Shown here: piece by piece, positions 1 through 9,542 of the stretch
Position numbering within the stretch: position 1 is the stretch's first letter
How the letters are laid out: each line of letters opens with the position of its first letter
DNA from: an uncultured Pseudobdellovibrionaceae bacterium
GTDB taxonomy: Bacteria; Bdellovibrionota; Bdellovibrionia; Bdellovibrionales; UBA1609
Direction of reading: 5' to 3'
Length of the DNA: 64,000 bases
Assembly (NCBI GenBank): GCA_963803705.1
Contig: CAWDNU010000004.1
Coordinates: forward strand, 768,001 to 832,000
Made by a program: the position numbers and the translations under genes
Notes under the pieces: model-generated
The model's database searches: none
What the model saw: the letters and a program-made list of their open reading frames with translations, nothing else
Told to the model about the DNA's origin: nothing

Positions 1-107
1 CCCTTTTCAAAGGATATTGTCTTATGTTCGACAGGTCCGGATTTGCTGTCTGCAAAAGACTGAATTGAAAGTCCTGAAAATACTAGAGCTAATAAAATTT
101 TGTTCAC
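1..107 (-). CDS. 5' part of a secreted protein gene, truncated by the window edge
   Basis: Manual translation from GTG at 107, preceded by AGGAG: MNKILLALVFSGLSIQSFADSKSGPVEHKTISFEK..., a signal-peptide-like N-terminus open to base 1. Confidence 0.6.
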   Translation of the reverse strand, partial: MNKILLALVFSGLSIQSFADSKSGPVEHKTISFEK

Positions 108-317
108 GTTTACTCCTAAAGTTGTTCTATTTGTTGTTTGTTAATGAGCTTGAATAACTGCTAACTAAGAGCTTACAGAATATTAGTGCCTGCGATATTC
201 ATTTCGGTGTAATATATTGTTTAGATTACTGCATATATTTTGTATAAAATTTTTTAATTGCATTAACACCACATACTCTAATAATTGTAATTAGATTTAA
301 TATTTAACGAGGACAAT

Positions 318-1355
318 ATGGTGAGTATGGAATTTAAAGATAAGACGAAATATGTGCTCCTGTTAACTTTGTTTACAACTGTCTTTGTTACAACATTTGT
401 CATTGCGCCAGAAGTTTTTTTACTAATCTTTGCAGGCTCCCTAGTTTCGGTTTTACTAGTAAGCTTAAGAGATCTAACAATTAAATATCTTCCACTTTCA
501 AAAGGACTTGCACTTACATTTGTTATTCTTCTATTGACCTTAGTCAGTGTTGCAGTGGTCGTGGCTGTTGCTCCAAGTGTCGCAAGGCAGTTTGATGAGT
601 TGGTTAAAGAAATCCCCAAAACGTTTGCGAGCCTTCAAAAGCAAATCGAAAGTTACACATGGGGAAGGTATCTGCTTGATCATGTCAACGCCGGAATGAT
701 TGTTGGTGGCAACGGTGGAACCGCAAGTGGATTTGGCGGGGCTCTAACGGGACTTTTTGGTGTGCTAGGCTTTTTTGGAAACTTAGTGGTTATTCTTTTT
801 ATTGGTTTGTATGGTGCAGCAGATCCCGAGCTGTATCAGGGTGGATTTTTAAAGCTTATTCCAATATCTAAAAGGAAACGTGCAAAAGTAGTTTTGGAAG
901 AAACATTTGATACTTTGAAGTGGTGGTTGATTGGCCAATTTTTTAGTATGAGTGTGATAGGTGTATCGACGATGATTGGGCTATATTTTTTAGATGTGCC
1001 GCTGGCCTTCATCCTAGGCTTAATTGCAGCAGTTTTGACCTTCGTACCTAACATTGGTCCTGTGTTAGCCGCGGTCCCAGCTATCCTTCTAAGTTTGACG
1101 AACGATCCAAAAATAGCTCTTTATGTTGCTCTGCTATACCTTGGCACCCAAATTCTAGAGAGCTATTTTTTAACCCCTTTGGTGCAGCAGAAGACAATAG
1201 ATTTACCACCTGCATTGATTCTAGCCGTTCAAGTATTGTTTGGGATCACTTTAGGCATTATGGGTCTGGCCCTAGCAGCACCCTTAACCGGAGTGTTGAT
1301 ATTGCTTACAAAAATGCTTTATGTGGAAGACTATCTAGGTGATAGCACTACTTAG
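318..1355 (+). CDS. AI-2E family (PerM-like) transporter
   Basis: 345-aa multi-TM protein with family motifs FVPNIGP, QILESYFLTP and GLALAAPL; GAGG RBS upstream. Confidence 0.9.
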   Translation: MVSMEFKDKTKYVLLLTLFTTVFVTTFVIAPEVFLLIFAGSLVSVLLVSLRDLTIKYLPLSKGLALTFVILLLTLVSVAVVVAVAPSVARQFDELVKEIPKTFASLQKQIESYTWGRYLLDHVNAGMIVGGNGGTASGFGGALTGLFGVLGFFGNLVVILFIGLYGAADPELYQGGFLKLIPISKRKRAKVVLEETFDTLKWWLIGQFFSMSVIGVSTMIGLYFLDVPLAFILGLIAAVLTFVPNIGPVLAAVPAILLSLTNDPKIALYVALLYLGTQILESYFLTPLVQQKTIDLPPALILAVQVLFGITLGIMGLALAAPLTGVLILLTKMLYVEDYLGDSTT

Positions 1356-1356
1356 C

Positions 1357-1887
1357 CTAAATACCGGCTTTGGCTCTTTCTTTGTCGTCCAAGCGAGATA
1401 CAATGCCGCCTTCAAGGCTTGGTCTGCGAGCCAAATGTTTGATGTCATAACTAAAGCTTGCGCCATTCAGACCTGCGGTTTGCCACTCTGGCCCCATTCT
1501 AATGGCGTCAACAGGACAAGCTTCTTCACAAAATCCACAAAAAACACACCTTAGGATATCGATCTCGTAGTGGATGGGAAACTTTTCGACTTCGGGATCG
1601 TTATGCTCTGAAGCTACGATAGTGATGCAGTCAGCAGGACAGTTGGTAGCACAGAGCATACATGCCGTGCAACGCAAAGATCCGTCTTTTTTCACAGTCA
1701 ATATATGGTTACCTTTAAATCGGGGACCATACTCGTATTTTTCTTCTGGATAATTTAAGGTCGGCATCTTTTTTTTGTTAAAAAGATTATAAACCATTTT
1801 CTTGAAAGTAAGGCCCATACCCTTAAAAATACCTGGCAAATACCACTTAGCATCCACATTCTCTCGTTTAACTACAATAGTGCTCAT
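1357..1887 (-). CDS. nuoI: NADH-quinone oxidoreductase subunit I
   Basis: Two CxxCxxCxxxCP motifs, YPEEK and RFKG; last gene of the nuo cluster. Confidence 0.95.
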   Translation of the reverse strand: MSTIVVKRENVDAKWYLPGIFKGMGLTFKKMVYNLFNKKKMPTLNYPEEKYEYGPRFKGNHILTVKKDGSLRCTACMLCATNCPADCITIVASEHNDPEVEKFPIHYEIDILRCVFCGFCEEACPVDAIRMGPEWQTAGLNGASFSYDIKHLARRPSLEGGIVSRLDDKERAKAGI

Positions 1888-3392
1888 AGTACTCCTCTTT
1901 CCTTAGCCATCTCATTAAACTTGCGGGTCTTAACAATTTGGTCCGGCTGAAATTTCATTTCACACATCTGGATAAATTCGATCATGTCGATAGCACCGCG
2001 GACTAAAACCTGTCCTTTTCTAACTTTTCTTTCCAATCCCTTATAGTTTGTAAAAGTGCCAGATTTTTCAAAAAAAGTTTTGGCAGGCACCAACAGCGAA
2101 TCATCCGGAAGCTGATACAGTTCTGTGGTCATTTGCGATCCTACGAAAATTACGCGAACTCCCTGACTATTTAAATCCTGCACAACCTGTCCATAGTCTG
2201 GATATGCAAAAATGTTTTCCGGAGCAAAAACGACAATTGTGTTTAAGTCAGATTTTGAAAGTTCTTCTAACGGCTTCATCTTAGAAAATGTATTTAGCAA
2301 GCCTTTGGTGTTTGGATTTTTATCACCTCTTTTGAGCAGACCGTCAAAAGCGTCGAAACTATCTTTGTTATTCTGCCAATAAAACAAATCTGCAGAAGTC
2401 CCTGAGGAATTTATGAAATTATCTAATGAAGCGTACTCTTCGTTGGTGTTTTGGCCTGTTAAAACTAAACCCACTTTTTCTTGCGATGCGAAGATATTTG
2501 AAATTTCAACCTCGAACTCTTTGAAACTTACAGGTACGGGTGTTCCTTTTGTAACCCTGATATATGTTTTTATTCTAGATTTACTATTTGCAAATTTGTA
2601 TAATGGTCTGCCCTCATCGCACATCCAGTAACCGTTTACGCTGTGATCCACCACTGGTTTAACCCGGAACAATCCTTCGTTATTGTAATACACTTTAACG
2701 CTGCAACCAGTTGAACATCCAGGGCATGTTGTATCTACATCTTTTAAATACCAAACTCTTTGTTGAAATCTGAAATCTTTAGAGGTCAAAGCGCCCACAG
2801 GGCAAATGTCCACAGTATTTAAAGCATAGTCGTTTTCTAATTTTTTGTCTCCGAAAGTGCCTATTTCGCTGTGGTCACCACGGTTAAAAATCCCTAGCTC
2901 ATGGGTTTTAGTGACTTCATCTGTGAACCTGACACACCTGGAACATAAAATACATCTTTCGGTGTCTAAAACAATTTTTTCTCCAAGGTCTACAACTTTA
3001 GTTTTTTTGACTTTAGGTTGCGACATGCTTGAATCGTACTGACCGTATTTCATATACTGTTCTTGCAAACCGCACTCGCCAGCCTGATCACAAATCGGAC
3101 AGTCAAGTGGATGATTAATCAAATGAAAATCCATTCCCCAGCGAACTGTTTCTTTTACCTTCTCAGACTGATTTGAAACTTTCATCCCATCTTGAACAAC
3201 TGTGTTGCATGCAATTTGAAGTTTTGGATTACCTTCAACTTCAATCATACAGAGTCGACATACGCCAGCAATTGGTAAACCAGGGTGCCAACAGTAATGA
3301 GCAATGTCTTGCTCTGAGGATTTGAAAGCCTCTATTACAGTTGACCCATCTTTTACATCCATTTCTTTACCGTTAATTGTAATTTTAGGCAT
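1884..3392 (-). CDS. nuoG: NADH-quinone oxidoreductase subunit G (short, 502 aa)
   Basis: N-terminal Fe-S motifs (CWHP...CRLC, HPLDCPICDQAGEC, CILCSRC, CPVGAL) and CPGCSTGC. Confidence 0.93.
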   Translation of the reverse strand: MPKITINGKEMDVKDGSTVIEAFKSSEQDIAHYCWHPGLPIAGVCRLCMIEVEGNPKLQIACNTVVQDGMKVSNQSEKVKETVRWGMDFHLINHPLDCPICDQAGECGLQEQYMKYGQYDSSMSQPKVKKTKVVDLGEKIVLDTERCILCSRCVRFTDEVTKTHELGIFNRGDHSEIGTFGDKKLENDYALNTVDICPVGALTSKDFRFQQRVWYLKDVDTTCPGCSTGCSVKVYYNNEGLFRVKPVVDHSVNGYWMCDEGRPLYKFANSKSRIKTYIRVTKGTPVPVSFKEFEVEISNIFASQEKVGLVLTGQNTNEEYASLDNFINSSGTSADLFYWQNNKDSFDAFDGLLKRGDKNPNTKGLLNTFSKMKPLEELSKSDLNTIVVFAPENIFAYPDYGQVVQDLNSQGVRVIFVGSQMTTELYQLPDDSLLVPAKTFFEKSGTFTNYKGLERKVRKGQVLVRGAIDMIEFIQMCEMKFQPDQIVKTRKFNEMAKERGVL

Positions 3393-4668
3393 GGATCATG
3401 TCCTCCACTGGAGCTCGTCCTTCTAGAATGTATTTTTCGAATTCGTCACGGAATTTAGAAACAAAACTAATTGCTGGCAGGGCCGCTGCATCTGAAAGGG
3501 CGCAAATAGTTTTTCCCTTCATCTGTTCAGCTACTTTTAAAATTAGGTTCAAGTCTTCAATTCTACCTTGGCCATTCAATATACTCTTTACAACTTTGTC
3601 CAACCAACCGGTCCCTTCCCTGCATGGTGTACACTGGCCGCAGCTTTCGTGATGATAAAAATTCATTACCACGCTTAAAAGGTCAACCATACTGTGGGAG
3701 TCATCGATGATAATCACAGCACCTGAACCAAGCATACTGCCTTTCGCAGCAAGGTCTTCGTAATCCATTTTAGCTGATAAGCATTCTTCTGCAGTTAATA
3801 CCGGGGCCGAGGATCCTCCTGGAATTACAGCCTTTAGCCTGCGGCCTTGCTTAAGACCTCCAGCAAGCTCGATCAGATCCATAAGTGAAGTTCCAAGGTC
3901 AACTTCAAAGTTTCCTGGCTTTAGGACAGAACCGCTGACAGAAAAAAGTTTAGTCCCCGAAGACTTTTCAGTACCTATAGATTTATAAAACTTAGCACCT
4001 TTGTCGATGATAGGAATCACGGCGGCTAAAGTCTCGACGTTATTTACTATTGTCGGTGACTTTAAATAACCTTGCACCGCAGGAAAAGGTGGCTTTAGTT
4101 TTGGCTGACCTTTCAGGCCCTCCAAAGAAGAGATCATTCCGGTTTCTTCACCGCAGATGTAGGCACCTGCTCCGACATAAATATCCATATCATGGTCAAA
4201 ACCTGAACCTAGAATATTTTTACCTAAATAACCTGCTTCATAAGCCTCGCCCAATGCCTGTTTTACGACACGAATACTTTCATCGTATTCACCCCGAATA
4301 TATATGTAAGACTTTGGAGACTTAACAGCAAAAGCTGAAATGACCATACCCTCAATCAATTGGTGAGGGGCTCTTTCCATCATCATTCTATCTTTAAATG
4401 TTCCTGGCTCACCTTCGTCTGCGTTACATAGCAAATACCGGGTGTTATCGTTATTTGGCAAGAAGCCCCATTTGACACCGGTGGGAAAACCCGCACCTCC
4501 GCGGCCTCTTAACCCCGATTCTTTAACTTCGTCGATTATTTCTTGCGGCTTCATTTTTAGAGCTTTGGCTAAAACTTTGTAACCGCTTTTATTTTCGTAG
4601 CCTTTAATATAGCGGTACTCGTCTAAGTCGTAAAATTCAGATAGAAGTTTATTTTCTTTAGCGGCCAT
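3385..4668 (-). CDS. nuoF: NADH-quinone oxidoreductase subunit F
   Basis: GLRGRGGAGFPTG, NADEGEPGTFKDR, GAGAYICGEET and ESCGQCTPCREG motifs. Confidence 0.97.
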   Translation of the reverse strand: MAAKENKLLSEFYDLDEYRYIKGYENKSGYKVLAKALKMKPQEIIDEVKESGLRGRGGAGFPTGVKWGFLPNNDNTRYLLCNADEGEPGTFKDRMMMERAPHQLIEGMVISAFAVKSPKSYIYIRGEYDESIRVVKQALGEAYEAGYLGKNILGSGFDHDMDIYVGAGAYICGEETGMISSLEGLKGQPKLKPPFPAVQGYLKSPTIVNNVETLAAVIPIIDKGAKFYKSIGTEKSSGTKLFSVSGSVLKPGNFEVDLGTSLMDLIELAGGLKQGRRLKAVIPGGSSAPVLTAEECLSAKMDYEDLAAKGSMLGSGAVIIIDDSHSMVDLLSVVMNFYHHESCGQCTPCREGTGWLDKVVKSILNGQGRIEDLNLILKVAEQMKGKTICALSDAAALPAISFVSKFRDEFEKYILEGRAPVEDMIHA

Positions 4669-5216
4669 TATTTTTCACCCTTTGAAAGTTCTTGAATGGT
4701 TTCGATTGCAGATTCAGAAGTTAGATTTTCATAATAGTTATCGTTAATTTGCATCATAGGTGCGTTATGGCACGCGCCCAGGCACTCGACCTTGTTAACA
4801 GTTACATTTCCATCTTTACTAACTTCACCGTACCTTACTTTATATTTTTTGCAGATATGATCAGCTAATTCTCTTCCACCGTTCATGGCGCAGGATACAT
4901 TGGTACAAACCTGAACGTGCAACTTACCTACAGGAACTTTGTTAAACATCGTATAAAAATTTAAAACTTCACTAATGTGTGCTTCCGGAATCTTCGAAAT
5001 TACTGCAAGTTCAACTACTGACTGTGGGTGGACCCAGCCGTGCCTTCTCTGAATGCAAAATAACGACGGGATAATCGCAGAGTAATGATGTTCGTATCGC
5101 TTAAGTTCTTTTAAAATGTAGCTTTTGTCTTCCTCTTCGATCCAAACTTTGTTTTTATCGCCAAGATCCACGCTCTTTCCAAAATGACTCATTTCTACAA
5201 TATCAGCACTGCTCAT
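4668..5216 (-). CDS. nuoE: NADH-quinone oxidoreductase subunit E
   Basis: CTNVSC and ECLGAC..AP 2Fe-2S motifs; FYTMF. Confidence 0.95.
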   Translation of the reverse strand: MSSADIVEMSHFGKSVDLGDKNKVWIEEEDKSYILKELKRYEHHYSAIIPSLFCIQRRHGWVHPQSVVELAVISKIPEAHISEVLNFYTMFNKVPVGKLHVQVCTNVSCAMNGGRELADHICKKYKVRYGEVSKDGNVTVNKVECLGACHNAPMMQINDNYYENLTSESAIETIQELSKGEK

Positions 5217-6886
5217 CGGTCTAATTCTCCTGCGATTACATTCATACTTCCTAGTACAGCGACCACATCAGCAACCAATCCACCTGTAATCTGTTCTGGA
5301 AAAGATTGGTAGATTGGAAAACAAGGCGGCCTTACTTTCACACGGTAAGGTTTTCCACTGCCATCGCTAACTACGTAGAAGCCAAGCTCACCATTTGCAC
5401 CTTCATGGGCCAGATAGGTCTCCCCTACTGGTGGCCTTAAACCATGAATTACCAGCATAAAGTGGTTCATAAGGCCTTCAATATTTCCGTAGACATCTCT
5501 TTTTTCTGGCAGGACAATATTTTTATCTCTGATGGTGTAATCACCTTCTGGAATATTTTTTGCCACTTGTCTAATAATTCTTATCGATTGCCTCATCTCT
5601 TCAACTCGAACTAGGTAACGGTCATAAAGATCACCAGTTGATCCAATGGCAACGTCGAAATCTAACTGGTCGTATCCATAGTAAGGCTGAACTTTTCTTA
5701 AATCATAGGGCATTCCAGTGGCACGTAAAAGGGGTCCAGTGTATCCCCATTTTACGGCTTCTTCAGTGGAAATCGCGGCTACTCCAGAGGTCCGTTGTAT
5801 AAAAATTTTGTTTCCAGTAACAAGAGTGTCTAAATCCTGAATTCCTTTTTCTATCGTATTGCACGTTTCTAAAACTTCTTTGTGCCAATTCGGTGGTGGC
5901 TCTTGAGCCATCCCGCCAATTCTTGTTAAAGAGACGGTTAACCTTGCTCCACAAAGTTTTTCAAACAAAGTGTAAACCATTTCTCTGTAGGTAAATAAAT
6001 GAAAGAAACCTGTCAGGGCCCCGATATCTACGGAAGCGGCCCCTATACAAACTATGTGATCTATAATTCTAGAAAGTTCACATAGAATTACACGAAGAGC
6101 TTGAGCCTTTGGTGGGATATCTACGCCTAACAACTTTTCGATAGTAGCGCAGTAGGCAACATTATTAATGGGAGCTGAACAGTAATTAAGACGGTCGGTA
6201 TAGGGAATAACTTGGTTGTAAGGATGAGTCTCGGCCATTTTATCGAAACATCTGTGTAAGTAGCCGATTTCCACATTGGCTTTGGCAATTTTTTCGCCAT
6301 CCAGTGCGGCCATCACCCTTAAGGTTCCGTGTGTGGCTGGGTGGGAAGGACCAATATTTAGCGGCACTAGGTTGTCGCCGCCTAGGTCTGCGTTTTCGTA
6401 GCTTGGATCAAAATGTACTGGCATAGATTGAGATAAATGCTGCTGTTGGTCTGCATAGTAATCTTTTTGCAAAGGATGCCCTACGAATTCACTGTGAGTT
6501 AGCAGCCGTTTCAAATTAGGATGATTCTTAAATAGAACACCTACTAAATCATAAGCTTCTCGCTCGAACCAGTTAGCGCCTTTCCAAACAGGGGTTATAG
6601 ACTCTATGGGTTCAGTCTCTGAAACTTGTGTTTTTATTCTAAGCCGCTGGTTCATTGACGAAGAGTAAAGCTGATAAACCACATCGAACCTTTTAGCACG
6701 CTCTGGATAATCGACACCACAAAGGTCCATCATGAAATCAAACTTCATCTGACGAAGAGATTTCATCACTGCAAGGATGTCTTTAGAATCGACATGAAGA
6801 ATATGGTCTCCAAGTTGAATCTCTTCTCGCACGGATGTTGCCGCACCATCTTTTATTATTTGGCTTTTTATATCTTCTAATTCCAA
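5213..6886 (-). CDS. nuoCD: NADH-quinone oxidoreductase subunit C/D (fused)
   Basis: NuoC motifs (EREAYDL, GHPLQKD) fused to NuoD motifs (NIGPSHPATHG, GYLHR, terminal GELDR). Confidence 0.96.
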   Translation of the reverse strand: MELEDIKSQIIKDGAATSVREEIQLGDHILHVDSKDILAVMKSLRQMKFDFMMDLCGVDYPERAKRFDVVYQLYSSSMNQRLRIKTQVSETEPIESITPVWKGANWFEREAYDLVGVLFKNHPNLKRLLTHSEFVGHPLQKDYYADQQQHLSQSMPVHFDPSYENADLGGDNLVPLNIGPSHPATHGTLRVMAALDGEKIAKANVEIGYLHRCFDKMAETHPYNQVIPYTDRLNYCSAPINNVAYCATIEKLLGVDIPPKAQALRVILCELSRIIDHIVCIGAASVDIGALTGFFHLFTYREMVYTLFEKLCGARLTVSLTRIGGMAQEPPPNWHKEVLETCNTIEKGIQDLDTLVTGNKIFIQRTSGVAAISTEEAVKWGYTGPLLRATGMPYDLRKVQPYYGYDQLDFDVAIGSTGDLYDRYLVRVEEMRQSIRIIRQVAKNIPEGDYTIRDKNIVLPEKRDVYGNIEGLMNHFMLVIHGLRPPVGETYLAHEGANGELGFYVVSDGSGKPYRVKVRPPCFPIYQSFPEQITGGLVADVVAVLGSMNVIAGELDR

Positions 6887-6956
6887 CTTAGCTTTCCTTT
6901 TTTGGATTGTCCGAAAATTTATTTTGGCAGTGACCTTTTTTTGAATTCAGAAACAC

Positions 6957-7508
6957 TTATGAGGGTGACTGTAGGAACTCTGGTCGTTTCCAGTTCTTTC
7001 TCCAAGGTCTGGGGTGGTCAGTTTCAATCATCTTTTGAATTGTCATAACGCCATCCATAACTGCCTCTGGTGTCGGAGGGCAACCAGGTACATAGGCATC
7101 TACCGGTATAACTTTATCAATTCCTTGCAGAACATGATAAGCGCGATAAAAGCCACCGGAACTTGCACAAGCGCCCATAGACAGAACATATTTAGGCTCT
7201 AACATTTGCTCGTAAATATTGACTAATACTGGAACCATTTTTTCTGTGATCGTACCAGCCACAATAAGTAGATCGGCCTGTCGTGGTGAGAATCTAACGA
7301 CCTCAGCACCGAACCTTGCAAGATCATATTTAGGACCCATCACTGACATTAATTCAATCCCGCAACAGGCAGTTCCGTAGGGCAGCGGCCACAAAGAGTG
7401 CTTTCGGCCCCAAGCTACTAGAGCATTCACAGTTGTCGTCAGTGCAAACTGGCTGGCCTGGGCCTCTAGGTCTAAATCTTGAACCGTTTTTTGGCGGCTT
7501 TTATCCAT
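6957..7508 (-). CDS. nuoB: NADH-quinone oxidoreductase subunit B
   Basis: [22 protein letters not shown] and PGCPPTPE motifs. Confidence 0.96.
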   Translation of the reverse strand: MDKSRQKTVQDLDLEAQASQFALTTTVNALVAWGRKHSLWPLPYGTACCGIELMSVMGPKYDLARFGAEVVRFSPRQADLLIVAGTITEKMVPVLVNIYEQMLEPKYVLSMGACASSGGFYRAYHVLQGIDKVIPVDAYVPGCPPTPEAVMDGVMTIQKMIETDHPRPWRKNWKRPEFLQSPS

Positions 7509-7706
7509 TTTTACAATCCTTCGAAGGTGTTAAAAACTCTTACACAAAATTTTAAATCTGCGACTGGTCTAATGCTATTTTTTTAACATTTATCAATACG
7601 TTTTTAATACCATTACACGCTTTTAGTGTCATCAAAAGCAAAAATAAAAGATTAGAATCTGTATCAAATAAATTGAAACTTTAATCCCTTACTCTATACT
7701 TTCTGA

Positions 7707-9542
7707 ATGCGCTCGGAACATTGGCTCAGGCACCCCTTTAAGTTTTACATCGGTAAGTATAAAGGATCTTTTGGCTTGGGTGTTATTGCTCTTTTATTAA
7801 CCAATGGGTTCGACATCATGGGACCCTACCTGATTGGAAAACTAATTGATGCTCTGCCAGGGGCCACCCTGAGCAGTTTGAAGCTCAACCTGGGCCTACT
7901 TCTGTGCGTTTCAATTGGGACTGCAGTTTTCCGGTATGTGTGGCGCATTTATTTTGGATACTTCCATCATTCTGTTGCAGCAGACTTAAGGAAGACAGTG
8001 TTCAAAAAAATGTTAAATCTTGGTCAGAACTATCATCAAAAGGTTCCTACCGGCGAAAAGATGACGTTGATCACCCAGGACATCGAAAATTTTAGAATGG
8101 GAATTGGGCCGGGCCTACTAATTCTTTTCGATGCAATGATTTACGTTAGTGCCTTGATACCACTAATGTTGATGATCGACGTTCGCTGGACTTGGCAGTG
8201 TCTAGCCTTGATGCCACTGATTCCCTTTGTCATTTATAAACTTGAAGACACACTGAATAAAAACTACAGACAAGTCCAAGATGAAACTGGAAATTTCACC
8301 AGTTTCACCCAAGAGTCTGTGTCTGGCATCAAAGTTATTAAATCTTTGGGACTAAATCGCTCGCGGCTAAGTCTTTTCAACCATACCAATTCGAATTTGA
8401 AAAAGTACGGTATTCGAGTAGACAGGCTTGAATCTGCGTTTGGACCTAGCCTAGAATTTTTTGTAATGATCGGAACAGCCACTTTACTTTTTGTTGGTGC
8501 TGATAAAGTTATTTCAGGGCAAATTAGTGTTGGCAACTTTTTTGCATTTTATCAGTACCTATTACGAATGATCTGGCCAATGACCGCACTTGGTTTTTCA
8601 TTTATGATGTACAAAGAAGCTGACTCTTCATTTGATCGAATAAGAAACGTGCTAGAAAAAGAACATTGGATTCCCGATGGGCAGCAATTGGCAGAAGCAA
8701 ATCAAGATCTAGAAATTAAAAATTTAAGTTTTAAATATATTGGCGCAAAAAGCTTAGCCTTAACCAATATAAATTTCAGATTGAAGCACGGTCAATCAAT
8801 GGCCGTAGTCGGCGCGGTGGGGTCTGGTAAATCAACACTAGTGCAGATTTTAGCGTCTTCACTTCCTCCGACGAGGGGTCAGGTTTTATACGGAAATCAA
8901 CCGATTTGTGATTACGATACGAAAAGTTACCGAGCTGTTGCTACTTTGATTCCTCAAAAAGTATTTTTATTTAAAAAAAGCATCAAGCAAAACGTTTTAG
9001 ACTTTAACAACAAATCTACTGAAGCCTTAGACTTTTCAAGCTCCCTTTCGGAACTGCTTACGGAGGCTCATATCTACAATGAAATAGATAAGATGCCCCT
9101 AAAAGAAGAGACCCTACTTGAGGAAAATGGACAGGGCTTATCGGGGGGGCAAAGACAAAGGTTGGCTTTGGCGAGGGGTTTAGCACTAAGCCCGCGGTGG
9201 CTTATAATGGATGATTCTTTAAGTGCGATAGACATAGAAACTGAACAGAAAATACTTAGAGATCTAAAATCAAAAAAGAAAAATCAAATCATGAACTTTA
9301 TAATCTGCTCTCATAGGATTCAGAATTTAGATTGGGTAGATCAAATTTTGGTTTTAGACAAAGGCAGGCTTATAGACATTGGCGATCACAAATCACTTTA
9401 CGAAAGGTGCGATCTTTACAGAAACCTTTACAGCTCTCAGAAGAATGGGATTTCTGAAGCTATAAGTCACAAAGGTCGGGATCGTGAAACATTGAACCAA
9501 AGAAATATTTCTAAAGACAATCAGGATTTACAGCGTGAATAA
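7707..9542 (+). CDS. ABC exporter, TMD-NBD half-transporter (MdlA/YheI-like)
   Basis: N-terminal TM domain, Walker A GAVGSGKS, LSGGQ signature, degenerate Walker B (LIMDD). Confidence 0.9.
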   Translation: MRSEHWLRHPFKFYIGKYKGSFGLGVIALLLTNGFDIMGPYLIGKLIDALPGATLSSLKLNLGLLLCVSIGTAVFRYVWRIYFGYFHHSVAADLRKTVFKKMLNLGQNYHQKVPTGEKMTLITQDIENFRMGIGPGLLILFDAMIYVSALIPLMLMIDVRWTWQCLALMPLIPFVIYKLEDTLNKNYRQVQDETGNFTSFTQESVSGIKVIKSLGLNRSRLSLFNHTNSNLKKYGIRVDRLESAFGPSLEFFVMIGTATLLFVGADKVISGQISVGNFFAFYQYLLRMIWPMTALGFSFMMYKEADSSFDRIRNVLEKEHWIPDGQQLAEANQDLEIKNLSFKYIGAKSLALTNINFRLKHGQSMAVVGAVGSGKSTLVQILASSLPPTRGQVLYGNQPICDYDTKSYRAVATLIPQKVFLFKKSIKQNVLDFNNKSTEALDFSSSLSELLTEAHIYNEIDKMPLKEETLLEENGQGLSGGQRQRLALARGLALSPRWLIMDDSLSAIDIETEQKILRDLKSKKKNQIMNFIICSHRIQNLDWVDQILVLDKGRLIDIGDHKSLYERCDLYRNLYSSQKNGISEAISHKGRDRETLNQRNISKDNQDLQRE

